Assembly: GCA_051294375.1 (NCBI GenBank) | Contig: CM119264.1 | Coordinates: 13,598,813 to 13,662,812, forward strand | Source of the DNA: Paraspadella gotoi | Lineage: Eukaryota > Animalia > Chaetognatha | DNA: 64,000 nucleotides | Direction of reading: 5' to 3' | The notes under the pieces: model-generated | What the model was told of the DNA's origin: nothing | The model's input: the letters and a program-made list of their open reading frames with translations, nothing else | The model's database searches: none | Made by a program: the position numbers and the translations under genes | Part shown: positions 48,215 through 63,460 of the stretch, one piece after another | Position numbering within the stretch: the first letter of the stretch is position 1 | How the letters are laid out: the number at the start of each line of letters is the position of its first letter

Positions 48215-50304
48215 CGTTCCTTTTTTTTTCCCTTTTACTTCTCGAAGTTGTGCCAAAACTTTTCTTTTCTTTTCATTTTTTCTTTGCATGTTAACTTTTT
48301 TAAAAACCGAATCTCGACTGTTACTAATAAAATACTAATAATTAATTAATTAATTAATGAAATAATTTACATTTTCGATAAATTAAAAAAAAAAAAGTAT
48401 GTGGATAAGGCGCTACGTGGGCTGAAGATGACTGTCCGTAACTTCTATAAGCCCCTCTAGCAGCCATGGAACTGGTCCCTGGGCTTGGAACCAGGCTTTA
48501 TTCAATGAGCCACCGCCACAGTGATCCAAAAAAAAATTAAAACCGGATAAAAGCCACGTGAACATACGGGCATAAATACCTATTCGGTCTTTCCATAGTA
48601 ATGCTACGAAGTCTTAGGTAAGATAACAGTTTCCAAAAATTATTCTTTTTCAAGTTATAAGCAAATCTCTATTTCTGGTGAGTCTTTGAGAGGTTTGTTT
48701 CACCCACATGGGTGGAAGAGAAAAATTATTTGACTTTGTTATGGTATCAGCACTTTGTCTAGTTTGTTAACAAATAAAAAAAAGATTTTCAGAATATGTC
48801 ACTATGTATGATATAAAAAACATAGTAAAAACTCATCGAATTTTAGCCGATTTCAATCAACCAGATTTAGTTCCTAATGATACATCTTCTCACTAATCAG
48901 TTACTAATTTAATCTCATCCGCATTCGTCCGCCATTTTGAGAAATTTAAAAATGCTTTTTATTCAAAAAATAATAAAAAAGAATTTGATATTTTTCAGAA
49001 ATTACCATATGATTCTTTTCTTTGATGGATTTTCCGATCTTAATTTGCTTAGAGCACTTTTAAAGAGATTAAATTAATGATTTTATATTTAGCAAAACGA
49101 CTACAATATTAAATATCAAAAAAAATATTAAGTTAGGTCAATTTCTTTGTAATATCAAAATTATAAATCAAAAGTCGTTCAACTACCATAAATAATTTCT
49201 TTAAGAACCAAATTTGTCCGGTTAATGAATTTTTTCTCCATATTTTTTCAAATCTCATCTTAAACATTTGAAACTTTTCCAACAACCTCAGAGGGCTTCT
49301 ATGATAATCAGCATACGAGAAAAAGTTGTTTTTGCCAAAAAAGAGAGGTTTATCCGGAAATTTAGTCCATTTGGATCTCTGTGCACCGGGTCACAACTGA
49401 AAGTGTTTTATGATTCTAGGCGGGGTGAACCTAGGCAATGCCCGACTACAAGTATTTCTACATTTTCGAATCGTTTTCCCACTAAACTGGAAAAGAAAAA
49501 ACTTCTGACCAATTGCAATGTGGCATAATTTGACCTGAAATTACTATAAGCTGATGGCGAACGATTGTTGTGCAATTAGATGAGAACGAAGCACTTCTTT
49601 ACTAGATTTACTAGATTTACTAGATATTACGAGGAAAAGAACTTGAAGATATTAAAAGAAGATCTCGGAGACACAAACCGTTCGAAAGTCGGGAAGATTA
49701 TTTATTTCCATTTTGAAAAGTGACGAGAATTCGATTAAATCGAATTTTAAATAAAAAAAACTTAAATTTTATTCACAGAATGAATTAAAGAAAGAAAGAG
49801 AGAGAGAGAGAAATTTTTTTCCATCGTCTCTTCTGTCTTTTCGGTGGCATCGGCTTTCAGTCGTCAGTCCGTCTCAAAGAATTAATCCTTTTACTTCCTC
49901 TCATCATTCCTTCTCCCTCTATTCCCTTCGATTTCCTTCCTTCCCCCTTTCTCCTACTACTTTCCTCCCTCTCCTGATTTTTCCCCCTTTCTCTTTTTTG
50001 TTTGCGTCTCTAAAACGTTCGGTCCAAATCCTTTTCGATTCTCTTCGACTCAACGCAAACTTTAGGCTCAGTTTGCGTTCAAATCTTTCACGATTCACAT
50101 TTTCCGTGAATTGGCACTGGATTGAAATTTCGCTCGCATTCTGGAACAAACACTAAGCGTTATTTGAAGGCAATCGATTTATATGGAGCGGGACAGTTAA
50201 TGCAATTGTATCATGATACTGCTATGTTTAACAAGACAATAATAAGTTAAGTTTTTTGGCCATTTCCGATCGTTGCTTTTATAGCTACTTGGCACGATAC
50301 TGAG

Positions 50305-50355
<51 letters not shown>

Positions 50356-50637
50356 TATTTCTTTTTCCCCTATTTTTCTGTGTAGAGTAATAATTTTTGT
50401 TAACGTTTTTGTTCTTCTTGTGTTTCTTGTCCCTTCATTACTTCAGTTTCTACTTCAGTTTTGCTTGACAATTGTTTGTTCATGTAAATTCATTTTTTTC
50501 CTGAAGAGGAAATATGTTTTTTTCTCCTCTCTCTTGTCTGATGCGGTTCAGATAATTCTATTCCGCTCGTCACAAATTTAAATTTTTTCTCCCTCTTCCT
50601 CTTCTTCTCTCATTCTCTCATTCGCTTTGTCTTCCTG

Positions 50638-50682
<45 letters not shown>

Positions 50683-51873
50683 CTCTCTCTCTCTTCCCTT
50701 CTCTCTCCCTCTCTCTCCCCTCCCTTTCCTTTCTCTCGTCAGTTGAAGTTTTTTTTATAAATTATATCGAAATACTTGTCGTTTCCACGGCAGCTTTCGG
50801 GTCCCGATACTCACAAGAAATAAGCTCACTTATTCGAATTGTCTTTCGTCGCTGTTTGTTTTCTTTCTTCTCACAGTGTACGATTCCGTTAATCTCATTT
50901 CGTGAAAATATAAGAAAAAACAGAAGAAAAGGGAGAGATATTTATTTCTACTAAAAAAATTACGAAATTTTTAATGTTTTTTTTTTTTTTTTTAAATTTA
51001 TATTTATCCGTTCGCGTCTCGAGCCTCATTTTTTGAGTCAAGTTTTGTCTTTAAGCATCGCCGTTTTTTTCCGCCATTAATTTCCAGCTGGTCACCCTCG
51101 ATTCAATTTTTTTCTTTCCTTCCTTTTTTTTTCTGTTCTCTTCGTCTTCAATATTTTTGTCGCCACAATATTTAAAATGTTGAAAATCTTGTCGTATTTT
51201 TAAGTTTGCTTCAGTATCCCCTGGATAGAATTCAGAAGTTCTTCCAAAATTTAAAAAAAAAACCTCGAAAACACGGAGTCTGTTTCAGGACTCAAATCAA
51301 AAGCAAGGTTGGGCTCTCTCTCTCTCCCTCCCTCCCTCCCTGAGTCGCCGCCATTTTTTTTTACCGTTCTTTTTTCTTACTTTTCTTGTAGTTACTCTTC
51401 CTTCTCTTTTATTTCTTTGTCTCCTTCTCTTGCTCCTCCTGAGTCTCATTATTTTCTTCGTCGTTTTCTTCTCCTCCTCCTCCAGACGTACTTCTTCTTT
51501 TTCTTCTGGCTTTTTTTTTTTCATTTAAATTTCACGCTACTCTTACTTTTCTCCATCTCTTTCTCTTTAGATTTTCCTTATTTTATCCTTTTAATTCTTT
51601 TTTTTTTCAGTTTTTCCTATTGTTCTTTTATTCCGTTGATTTTTTTTAAATTCCCTGATGTCCATCAGTATTAATCTACTCTCCTTTCTAATTTCTTCTG
51701 TTTTCTTTTTCTTCCTCTCCTTCCTTTTCCTCCTTTTTCTCCTCCTTCATCTTCTTCTTCTTCTTCTTCTTCTCGTTCCTGCACCGACTGATCCAACTGA
51801 CTCTTCATAGGCTCTCAGACGCACACGGAGTCAGCTCATGAATCCGGTTCCCCTGTCCTCTTTTCGCTTTCGC

Positions 51874-51906
<33 letters not shown>

Positions 51907-54148
51907 GCTCCGCGTAAAGGCATCATTATCCCCGGACTATTTGCTCTCAGCGCCGAGTCTCTCTCTCTCTCTCTGTCTCTCTCTGTTTCTAGGCTCCGTT
52001 TATTCGATAAATAATGTAGTCTCTCGTTTTTCATGGAAAACAACAGTTCGTAACTGTTGCTAAGATTTCCTTTTGGCGCGAAGATCTTCCATTCCGACAT
52101 TCCTTAAAAAAATTATATTTTCAAGAAGAAAACGAAAATTTTTTTTGGACGAAATGGCACAAATTTAATTTAAAAGCTTCAGAATTTCTCCGAAAAATAT
52201 AATATTTTACGGAACAGTTTTTTTTTTCTTAGATCGGATTACAACGCGATTTTCTCAGGCTCAACCTTTTGCTAAATAATCAACCGATAACCGTCCTAAC
52301 GATTCTATTTTTTTTTCTTCGAATTTAAAAATTGAATTTAATTTATTTAAAAAAAAAAGAAAAAGAAAAAGAAAAAGAAAAAGAGAGAGGTGGAGAAATA
52401 AATAGAAAGAGAAAAAAAGAGAGTGAGAGAGAAAGCGAGAAAAAGAAACGGATTCAAAATAATCAGAGCAAGGCTTGACCTTTCTTTGATTTGGTTCGTT
52501 GGCTGAATTTAATGGGATGCAGCTCATGAGAAAGAGGCTTGTGAAAATGTGTGAGGAAGACAAGTCAGCGAGAAAATCTTTGTTTTATGGGGGAGATAGG
52601 AAAGAAAAGACTGGACTGACTGACTGTTTTAGAGAAAGAGATAGTGAAGAGAGAGAGAGAAAGAGAGAGAGAGAAAAATTGATTCTCGTTTCATTTAGCG
52701 AAAGCGAAATAATCTAATCCGACGCGACCCCAGTAGGCGAAATGATGGGGAAAGTACTTATATTGTGTAAATGGTTGGTGATTATTTCCAAACGGTGGTC
52801 GAAATTGTACTAATGTAGTTGTTACTCTGGCTTGCTGGCCTGATTGAAGTTGAAAAACTCCTTTTTAAGTAACAGAACCAACATGCGTTAAAGAAATCGA
52901 TATTTTAGAGAGAGAGAGAGATACACACGGAATGCCTGGCGTCGGTCGTCCGAGCACGCCCTGGAAATCGATCGTTCAAAATGGCGTCCCAAGTATTTCT
53001 CCGCAGCAGCAGCAGCAGCAGAGTCAGTGAAAGCCGACATCTGAAAAAAAAATAAAGGTTGACTTTCTAAACGATTTCATCCACAAAACTATTCTTGAGG
53101 TGGGAAACGCTATAATAATATCTCTGTTAATATTATTAATATCGCTTTGTTGTCCAGACTTCTCCTGACAAGAATTTAAAACTAAAAATTTTAGAGAACT
53201 TAAAATTCCGCTAATCTCGGGTTCGTTAGGTTTTGCCAGGTCTCCCCACGTATCGCTTGGTCACTTTTATTTTTCGAACTCTCTCGGTCCAGCCACTAGA
53301 TACTCGCCAGATCCGGTTTTCCCGTCGCCAGCGTTAATCCCAGAATTCGACGCAGGTCTCGATGCATCGCAACTAAAGCGACCGGATTCGATGGGTGGAA
53401 AAGCAGGACGCGAATCAATGTTTTTCTCCTGCACCACTCGTCGTCGTTGTCCTCGTCGTCGTCGTTGTCGTCGTCGAAGTCGTCTCCGGTCCTTGGCAGC
53501 CAACCAAAGGCGGTGGGCGGATCTCAATGTAAAGAAACAATTTTTGCCCAGTTCATGATGAATCGGATTTTCTCACGCGAACGCTTCGATTTTCTTTCTC
53601 CGAATCCAATTCAGACAGTAGTGCCACTTGTAGTGGGTTGTTAAATTACTGAATTTCATTTGAATACCTCATTGTATAATTAGGGTGGGTCCGTGTGTTT
53701 TGCGGTTTATCAGAAATATTTTAAGAACTTTAGAAAAAGTGGGTGCGCCGGAATGGATGAGTCATCTCCTTTTGGTGGCGTTGGTCGTTCTCATCTTCGT
53801 CTCCGGATTTTCTGGGTCTTCATCTCCTTAGCGACGCCAAACAAACTCTGGCTCATTGGTAAAAAAGTTAATAAACAAAGAAACAAACCATTTTTGACTT
53901 TTATCTTTTTCCTATGAATCTCTTCCCCCTTTCCTTTTTTTTTAATCCTATTTTTGTTTTTAGTAGCACACCCGATAATCCGTTTGTGTGGTATTTTCAT
54001 ATAAAGCCCGACGCAATCATTGTCGTCGTCGTCGTTCTTCCCGTCCACCTCGTAGTTGCCATTATCGTATTGGTTGTCGTCGTCGTCGTCGTCGTCGCAA
54101 ACAGCTTTGCATCGACTGTTGGACGACCATCATGAAACTTCAATTTCC

Positions 54149-54205
<57 letters not shown>

Positions 54206-54486
54206 TCTTCCCCTCACTCTTTTTCCTTCCCGGACAAATGAACTCCCGGATTTGGGTCGTGCGATGCTTACTTTTTTTCCTCGACCCCGCGAAGGCGAAT
54301 CGATTTTGTTGGATAAAAATTCACTCCCACAATTTTTTTTTCTTCTTTTTTTTTGGTAACATTTTCGTCGAGGAAAGGACGACGTTGGGGTCAAGAATGT
54401 TTTTTCGTTCCTTTTCGATAATTTTTTCTTTTTTCTTTCTTATCTTTTATTCCTTCCGCGATTTAGTTTTCTGTCCAGCAACGTGG

Positions 54487-54627
54487 CACAATGTTATATT
54501 TTTTAAAAAGGGCCTCCAGGTTAACGCCCTGCTCCTTCCTCGGTCTGCCTATCTCGCACACAATGTTATATTTTCAAGAAGGGCCTCCAGGTTAACGCCC
54601 TGCTCCTTCCTCGGTCCGCCTATCTCG
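54487..54627. repeat. ~70-bp tandem duplication
   Basis: CACAATGTTATATTTT..GGGCCTCCAGGTTAACGCCCTGCTCCTTCCTCGGTC(T/C)GCCTATCTCG twice. Confidence 0.9.
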
Positions 54628-55521
54628 TGGGCATCGGATGTTGTTAAATCCGATTAGTTTTCTCAATCGCGTTTCATATTTCTTCGTCTTAGAATATGAC
54701 ATGGTAGTGATTAGTGAATAAAACCGAATTACAAACCTAATTCTCACTTTCTTTTCGACGTCGACATTTTTGTCGCCTTCACCGAGGGCCACCACTGGCT
54801 CCGCCGCGAAGCGTGAATGCTAACGGTTTCGCTTCACCGATTCTGATCCCAAAATTAACGAGGAGACAAGGCGTTGTCACTCGATAGAAGCGTCGCGCCC
54901 AGCCGAGCGTGTCGTCGTCGAACGCGTAGTTCTGCGTTTCGTCTGAATCACGTACGAGGGCGCTGTCAACGAATGTCACTGACGAGCGTCGTTGATCTTT
55001 TTTAACATTCAATGATTATGAAGGGCTCTTTCATACTTTGTATTGTTTTCTTTGACGCCTTCAGGAAGAACTCTCACGGCTGAGCTATTTTAAGTGAAAT
55101 TATTTCTTTTTCCTTACCATACAGGAGCAGATACTCTGAAAATGGGCATCGACGCTTAGATTACATACTTACGTACTTGCACAAAAGTGAAGAAGTTAAA
55201 TAGAAAAAGTCCAGTAAAAAAAAAAAGAAACTGTGATTCTTCCAACATTTTTAGATAATAATTTTGCTTTAAACCCGCGGCATAAAATTCACGCCAATCC
55301 TCCCTGTTTCCGACTCACGCCACGAAATCAATCCCACGCCAGTAAGTCACGCCAAAGTCCAACGCCCCCAAGCCAAACAAGGTCTCTCCACGGCCGTCCG
55401 CCCACGATTAGTTGAGGAGTTGTTGCTTCTCACTTCAACTCTCGTCTTTCTATCTTTCGTTTCTTTTTTTTTCCTTTTTTCTTTCTATTTTTACTCTTTC
55501 CTTCCTTTTATTTACATGTAT

Positions 55522-55637
<116 letters not shown>

Positions 55638-56419
55638 ACTCTCCCTTGCTCCCTTGACGGTCCAGGAGAGAGCAGCCGAAAAAAAGGAATGACCAATGAG
55701 CGAACTTCTCTGCACGAACGGCGACCAATCAACAATTGACGCCGGCCTTAAGGAGTGGACCGATTCACATGACTGGATTCTATAATTCGACAAACGAGTG
55801 ATGCTAGATCCAGTGGCCTCGTTGCTGGCCAAAAGCGAAGTCGTTTTATGCCTTTCTCTCTATTTCTTTCTTTCTTTTTTTTCTTTTTTTTTTTCTTTCT
55901 TTCTTTCTTTCTTTCGTTCTTTTTTTCGTTTTTTTTCTTTTTTTCTTCTTTCCTTATTTCTTTATTTTTTTCTTCCTCATTATATTTCCTCACCTCTTTA
56001 TTAATTTTCTCTTTTTCTAATTTCCGCGTCTCAATCTCCCCATTACATCGCTATTGTTAATATTTCTATTTTAGACACATACGTACTTACTTGACATTCG
56101 TTATTTTTTTTTTCAATTATTAAAGTTCACTCCTTTCAATTATTCCTATCTTTAATAAAGCCCCTCATTAATACTCGCGCGTCATCGTTAATACGTTATT
56201 CTGTGAATTTCACCGCGTAGTTCATCGTCGTCGTTGCTTTCCTCGTTTTTATTCACGAATTCAAATTAAAAATCTAGGGAGATCAATTATTAATTTTTAA
56301 TTACTGGTTCTAAAATGCGGAATATTGATTATGGTTCGGGGATAGTTTAGGTTTGCGATGTCGGAAGGGATAATCGAGATCAGGAAAAGGGAATCGATTT
56401 TTGATTTTTTTCATTCTTG

Positions 56420-57031
56420 TTTTTCTTCTTTCCTTCGTTCATTTCTTCCTTCCTTCCTTCCTTCCTAGCTTTTTTTTTTCCTTCCTTCCTTCCTTCCTTT
56501 TTTCCTTCTTAATTCTTACCTTCCTTCCTTTTTTCCTTCCTTCTTTATATCTACCTTCTTTCCTTCCTTTCTTCCTTCCTTCTTTATTTCTACCTTCTTT
56601 CCCTCCTTTCTTCCTTTCTTCCTTCCTTCATTCCTAGCTTTCTTTTTTCCTTCATTCTTTCCTTCCTTCCTTCTTTCCTTCATTCATTTCTTCCTTCCTT
56701 TATTCCTAGCTTTCTTTTTTTCCTTCCTTCCTTCCTTCTTTACCTCTACCTTCTTTTTTTCTTTTTTTCCTTTCTTTTCTTTATTTCTACCTTCTTTCCT
56801 TCCTTTCTTTCTTCCTTCCTTCCTTGCTAGCTTCTTTCCTTCCTTCTTTCTTTTCTTTCTTTCCTTCCTTCTTTGCTAGCTTCTTTCTTTCCTTTCCTTC
56901 CTTCCTTCCTTCTTTATTCCTACTTTCTTTCCTTCATTTATTCCTTCCTCCTTTCCTTCATTCCTCCTTTCCTTCCTTCCTTCTTTCCTACCTTTTTTCC
57001 TTCCTACCTTTCTTCCTTCCTTCCTTCCTTC
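56420..57031 (+). repeat. degenerate (CCTT)n polypyrimidine tract
   Basis: ~600 bp almost entirely C/T. Confidence 0.9.
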
Positions 57032-59794
57032 CAATTGGTAGGCAGAAAGAAATAACGTGGGCTAACAACTGGCCAGGAAAGAACGGAGCATAAAATTATT
57101 TATTTCTCCTCAGATAAAGTTATGTGATAGTTAGGCATGACGTCTTCGAGCACGGTAGGTGAGGGCGGAATCGGATAGTAGGGAACAAGGTAAGGAAAAA
57201 ATAATGAGCGGAGGAAGGCAAGTAGGGTAAGGACGCAGCGGCTGCGAAGGGCGCCATGCCATCCCTCTCCCCCTTTTTTTCGCCTCGCGTCGCCTCTTCG
57301 ACTCATATCCTTCTTTATGATGCGATACAGAATAACAGGTTTCCCCGCCTTTGTGAAAGCGCGGGAAAAATATGGGCGGCATAAACACCGATTTTTTTTC
57401 CCAAGCGCTCGCCATCTCTGTTGCCGTCGTCGTCGTCGTTGTTATTGTTGTGGGGAGAGGGGGCGTTCAAAAATTATATTCTATAAAAAAATTATAACTT
57501 TGAAGAGTTGGTTACGTGATTATTTATTAAAACAAAAAGTCTCTTCTTAATTCCGAAATTGGAAAGACGACGTCAGCGAAGAGAACGACGACGACGAGAA
57601 AGAAAAAAAAAAAGAAAGAAAAATGGACGACACGTGTGGACGAGATCAATTTCAAGCGGATCTCACCGCTCACCTCTCTCACTGGCCGTCGAAACGGTCT
57701 CGTCTCTTAGTCCATAAATCACTCGACGTGAAGTCACGTGATACACTTTCGACGACCCATCTTCGATTCACGTCCCGATGCACCCAAACATCCTTTCACG
57801 GATCAAACACGTGCACAGTCGTTACCAAAAACGCGGAGTCGATTTACCATTTTGATTACAGGCCCGTCGCAATATTGATGTTTCATAATGGATTTAATTA
57901 AACGACGTAAAAATATTTTTTAAAACCACTAATCCGTAGGGATTAGCAGTATTCGACGAAATTTTTATTTTTCTATCGGCCGAAAAATAATAGGGAATTT
58001 CATTCCAAAAAAACAAAGCTTTTTGAAATATTTACTGTATGGAAAATACTAAAAGAAAAATTTTATTTTTTAAAATAAGGTACTGTAAGGGTAAGTCTAA
58101 CTAAAAACCGAAAAAGAATCTTCAAATAAGAAAAATATTGGAATAGTACAGAAAGCAATATTTATTTTTATTGTTGCGCAAAAACTAGGCTTTCCTCGCA
58201 AAACCTCTGGTTACAGGAGATGCAAATGGTTTTCTCTCAACATATTGATCATTATTGATTCCCAAAATGATGCGCAAAAATTCGCAGCAGCAGTTCTGGC
58301 GATAGTCATTTTATATCATCTTTCCTATTGTATATTAAGGCTTATGAATCATCAATATGTATGAAACTGATATATATATTATTATGATCTTAAGATTTAT
58401 CTTTTTTTCTGCCTACAACAATTCCTCCTTTGCTAAATATACATGATACTATAATTATTATAATGGGTAATATCTTTATTCATAGTCTTTTTTTAACTAA
58501 GTTCAAATATAAACCTCAAGGACCATTGTTGATCCACAATTTCTGATACTTTTAATAAAATTGGTCCACTGACTTTACATGGTATATCTTTGTTTCTTTT
58601 TATCTATGATTTGAGTTTTATTTCGGTATTCGTTTTTTCTTTGATTTTAAAGAATCAAAACCGAAAGTAATCGACTTAGAATCGGAGATTGTATAAAAAT
58701 AAAAGAGAAAAGAAAAGGGAGGAAAGGGAAAGAGAGGGGATAAAGTGGCGCAGTTTTTACGTCAATTTACGCTTCTACGCCAAAGCATCTTAACTTAATA
58801 GCTTTATTTGGAAAATGAAAAAAAGTTTTTACGCCACAAAATTAAAATGATATTAATATGGTTTTCTGTTCATTTTACGCCATTCTACGCCAAACTTTGT
58901 ATAAAAAAGGCTGGAAAAATATTTAAATAAACTTAACTGAGTAGTTTTACTAGAAAATAAACAAAAGTCTTTACGCCACAGAATTAGATAATATTTATAT
59001 CGTTTTTTGTTCATTTCACGCCATTTTACGCCACAATTCTTTTTCCAATATTTAAATATAACATTTACACTTATTTAATTATGATATATTTTAAAAATTT
59101 TTTGGAAAAATCATTAACGCACTATTTAACTAGGAAATAATACGTTTTGGCGTACTTTTTACGCCACCAGCGCCAACAACATGTAAAAAAAAAGAAATCA
59201 AATCGGAATCCAATACTACTATGTATTTTTAATAAAAAAAAGCGTTTTCCAAAATTTTAGTTGAATATCCTTGATAGCAGTAAGGAGGCAAACGTTACTT
59301 CCAAATTGACGTAAATCAGTTGGCGTAAATCAATATTTAAAAGTCAAACTTGGAATTAACGATTAAAGTACACTTCGATTAGCTTAATATAAGGTTTAAA
59401 ACCATCCAATGAAGAAAATCAGTATTTTTAAAAATTTTGTGCAATACCTACTATTGGTTTTGAAAAAATTAAAACACAAGGTCACTTAAAAATTTAAAAG
59501 CTTTGTTGAAAAAAAAATATTTAAATGTATACTAATTTACTCCCGAATTTTTATTCATCTGACCTCAGCTTATTTTTTTAACTGGGCTCACCTCCATATC
59601 ATTAACTTCCTCTTGCCTTACCTCAATCTCATTTTGGTTTTCTCACTTTTTTTTCTCCGTCCTCCATTTAGACTGAGTCGATCCTCAGATCTTTTACCTT
59701 ATTTCGATTCATTACCATCCGCTTTCTGTCCACTTTCTCTTCATTTGTCTTTCTACAAATTTCCCTCTCTCTCTCTCTCTCTCTCTCTCTTCTC

Positions 59795-59825
<31 letters not shown>

Positions 59826-60014
59826 GCAACTTTTTTTCCATTCGTCTTCAGTTTTCGGCTTCACTTTTTAAATCATTTATTTATTTATTAATTTATTTAT
59901 TTATTTACTTATTTATTTCTTTATTTCATTATTTCTTTGTATATTTCTTTCTTTATTATTTTTCTTTATTTTTTCTTTTTTTTTTCTTTTTTCTTCTTCT
60001 TCTTTTTTCTTTTT

Positions 60015-60046
<32 letters not shown>

Positions 60047-61969
60047 TTCTTTCTTTCTTTCTTTCTTTCTTTCTTTTCTCACCGTTACAATTCTCGATAC
60101 CAACTCTCTCATTTTCCATCCACAACTCAAACATCCCCAGGGAAATATTTTATTCAACCTTCTCGTCTCTAGATTTTTTTTTTTTAAACTCGTCTTTGTT
60201 GTCGGTAACGCTGACGCCTTCTACGTTGAAAAATAGCTAAGAATACATATAGTTTAAAAACTGTTTTGTTTTGCATATATATGTGAAATATATTGACCTC
60301 GGTAGTTGGAATTTTTTTATCGATTGAGGAATGAGGAGTTTTCATGATTCTGGAATAGTATTTTTGATCCGGTCATGAAAGGCATGAGAAAAAATGGAAT
60401 AAAAGATAAAATAAAAAACTGAGGAAAATATTTCGACAGAACCGAACATAATTGATGCGTATTTAAATAGCAACTGGATAAAATAAAAAAAGGAACCTTA
60501 AATCTTCACTGAAATATTTAATTCCTTCTTCTTCTTCATAGTTTTTCTTCCATTCTCTTTCCTCCCTCTGTCCAACAAATCTTTTCGTGAATCCAATTCA
60601 CAATTGAATCTCCCGAAGTAAACGACCACGCGTTTCTCACTATCTTTCTTCGTGGATTCCTCAATGTTTTTGCGTGGTTGAGTTCTCTTCTCTCTCTCTC
60701 TCTACTCGACTCTCCTCTTAATCTCTCTCTTCTACTCTCTCTCTCTCTCTCTTCTCTCTCCCCTCTCTCTCTCTCTCTCTCTCTCTTCTCTACCCCCCCC
60801 TTCTTCCATCCCCTCCTTGATTGTTGGTAAAACATATTGAGATTCACAGGTTAAAAAAAAATGGCGAAGAGTTCTGCGTTTGGTTTTCGGTGTCAGAAAC
60901 GGAGGCCATCCGAAGGTAGAAGGAAGCCGTATGCTTCAAAGTAAAGACGAACCTTCGGCGGCTTTTTTCAAAAGAATCCATCTCCCGCCTTCGAGAGTTT
61001 CTCGCTGATTCTCTTTCCCACTTATCTCTCTTGTCTTAACCGAAGATTCGAGAGCAGGTAAACTGAGAAGGGTGCGCGTCGCTAAGAAAGCGACGTTGGT
61101 CGTTTCCACGTGAGAAAAAAGGGGTAAACTCGATCGCGTCTGAGGGGCGTGGCGCCCGCGAATGACGTTTCCGGTCTTCCACTTTTCCATCTTCGACGTA
61201 TTCGTGACCTTCGCGTGACGTCGAACGAAGGATGACGACGATGACGAAGACGACGAGTGAAAGGACGACATGATTGACAAAGGGGTCGCCGACTGAATGA
61301 TGACGATGACAGGGAAAACGCTGCTGCGAGCAAAGTTCCGTGTTTTGTCAGAGAAAAGTAAAAAAAGAAGATGAAATAAAGCGGAAGCGACACAAAACTT
61401 AACAGTTATTCTTTTAAAACAGACGCTTGTGAGAGAGAAAGTTTTTTTTCTCGAGATATTCAACTTTTTTAATGAATTTACCAAAATCATTTCAATAAGT
61501 TTTCACATAATGCGAGTTCTGCCTAAAAAAAAACTATTTGACTCCGACGTTTGAGGCAATGTCGCCCTTTTCAGTCAAAAATGTGGCTTGGGATGATACT
61601 GGAATAACGCTTTTCAGCCCACGTGTTTTAAATCATATCGGCGAAAATACTTTGAAATAAACCGGCGAAATACTGAGGTTGGTCATTTGCTGGTTAAAGA
61701 TGATTCAAATAGGAATTCGGCCACAGACTCTTGCTTCATCAAACGTGGCCGCTCCCCTCAAGGCGATTATGAGGCGGCGGTGGATCGATGCCGATGCTGT
61801 TTTTGTCTGAGCGTGGACGTCGTCGCCGTCCTGAGCGTCATCGGCGTCATCGGAGTGTTCGGGCGTCACGGGCGTGGACGACATCTGAATGCAATAATCT
61901 GTCGACGGTCGAATCACTCTTTTCTTTTTTATATTCCCAGTAGAATCTATCTCTCTCTCTTCTTCTCTC

Positions 61970-62017
<48 letters not shown>

Positions 62018-62162
62018 CTTCTCTCTCTTCCCTTCCCCCATCTTTTCCTCTTCCTCATTTCTTCCTCCTCATAGCAAACGAGTCTGTATTCTTTTCCTAT
62101 CGTCTTTTCTTCCGGATTCAATTCACCGTAATTGGAAAAGAAAATCTCTTCTCTCTCTTCTC

Positions 62163-62202
<40 letters not shown>

Positions 62203-63037
62203 CCTCTCTCTTCCCCCTCTTTTTCCATATTTACCGCATTATTACCATTAGAACGATTTGATTTGACAAAATATTTGATATATTAAACAAAATTAAACAA
62301 ATTTTGATATTCAGGTTTTTTTGTCGATTCCTTTGTGTCACGTAAATTATCAAAAACAGAGAATCAAAAGCCATCAATGATAAATATTTTCATGAATTCT
62401 TCTTCTTCCCATCATTTATTTATGGAAAATCGATGGAAAATAAATGAGTAAATAAGAAAATATCTCTCTCTCTCGCTCTTTCTCTCTCTCTCTTTTTCTC
62501 TCTCTCACTCCAGTTGTTATAAACCTTATTTTTTATATTTTTACAGATCTGTTATCAACTTATTTTTTTTCTCATTGTGCATCGAATCAAAATCATTATG
62601 CTCTGGTGCTCCGTTGAAGATAATTGTATGTTTTGTGCTTCTGTCTTACATTAAACTGTCATATATACAACCGTCAAACGTCATAAAAATGTGATAATAT
62701 TGTCTTAAAACGATTATGCAACTTAAATATGAAAACGTCATAAAAAAATATCGTTAACAAGCGATTAAAAAAAAAAACATTTACAAAAAATCTGTCTTCG
62801 GGAGCTACTGCGTCGAAATCGTTGGATCGAAAAATAATACAAGAATCAATTGTAAATGACGAAAAAATGTTAAAACCAAATATCATTCATTTTAATACAA
62901 CTGATATGGAAACTTGGGTTACGATCCCCAAATTAATTTAAAGATATAACAACAACAGCGAAATAAAAAAACCCTCACATTTCTCTGTCTCTCTCTCTCT
63001 CTCTCTCTCTGTTTATCTCTATCTCCGAACCGGCGAC

Positions 63038-63460
63038 ATGAGTAACTACATCATGAACATCTTCCTTCGGGCGTGCAAGCCCTCGACGGAGGACGCGGTC
63101 ACGGCCGCCCCCAACAGCGCCGCCACCGCCTCTTCCGGTAATAGCGGCGTCGTTCCGGGCCACGCCAACCGCGACGGCGTCACTTCCGGCGGCGTGACTT
63201 ATTCTCCGGCGGCGTCGCGTCTCGGCGTCGCCAACCGTCGACCAAACGGATTTCAAAACGCGATGAACTACACGGTCGCCGATTTTCGACGTCGCGGCGA
63301 AGCAGTGACATCCGGTTTTAACGGCGTCGGCGATTACATACGGGAAGATCTTTGGCACCGTGGACCGCGAGTTGCATCCGGGTTTAATGGTGTCAGCGAA
63401 TACATACGGGAAGATTCGAACTGGGACGAGAATTGTTTGAGGAGGAGATCTAACGTTATC
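63038..63460 (+). CDS. probable ATG-initiated coding exon of an unidentified gene (141 aa)
   Basis: GC-rich ORF ending at donor ATC|gtaagt in phase 0; internal peptide repeat SGFNGV(G/S)(D/E)YIRED. Confidence 0.55.

Noticed and set aside
54779-55012. minus-strand 77-aa ORF (RRSSVTF..)
   Set aside because: No splice context or homology; equally plausible frames exist on the + strand
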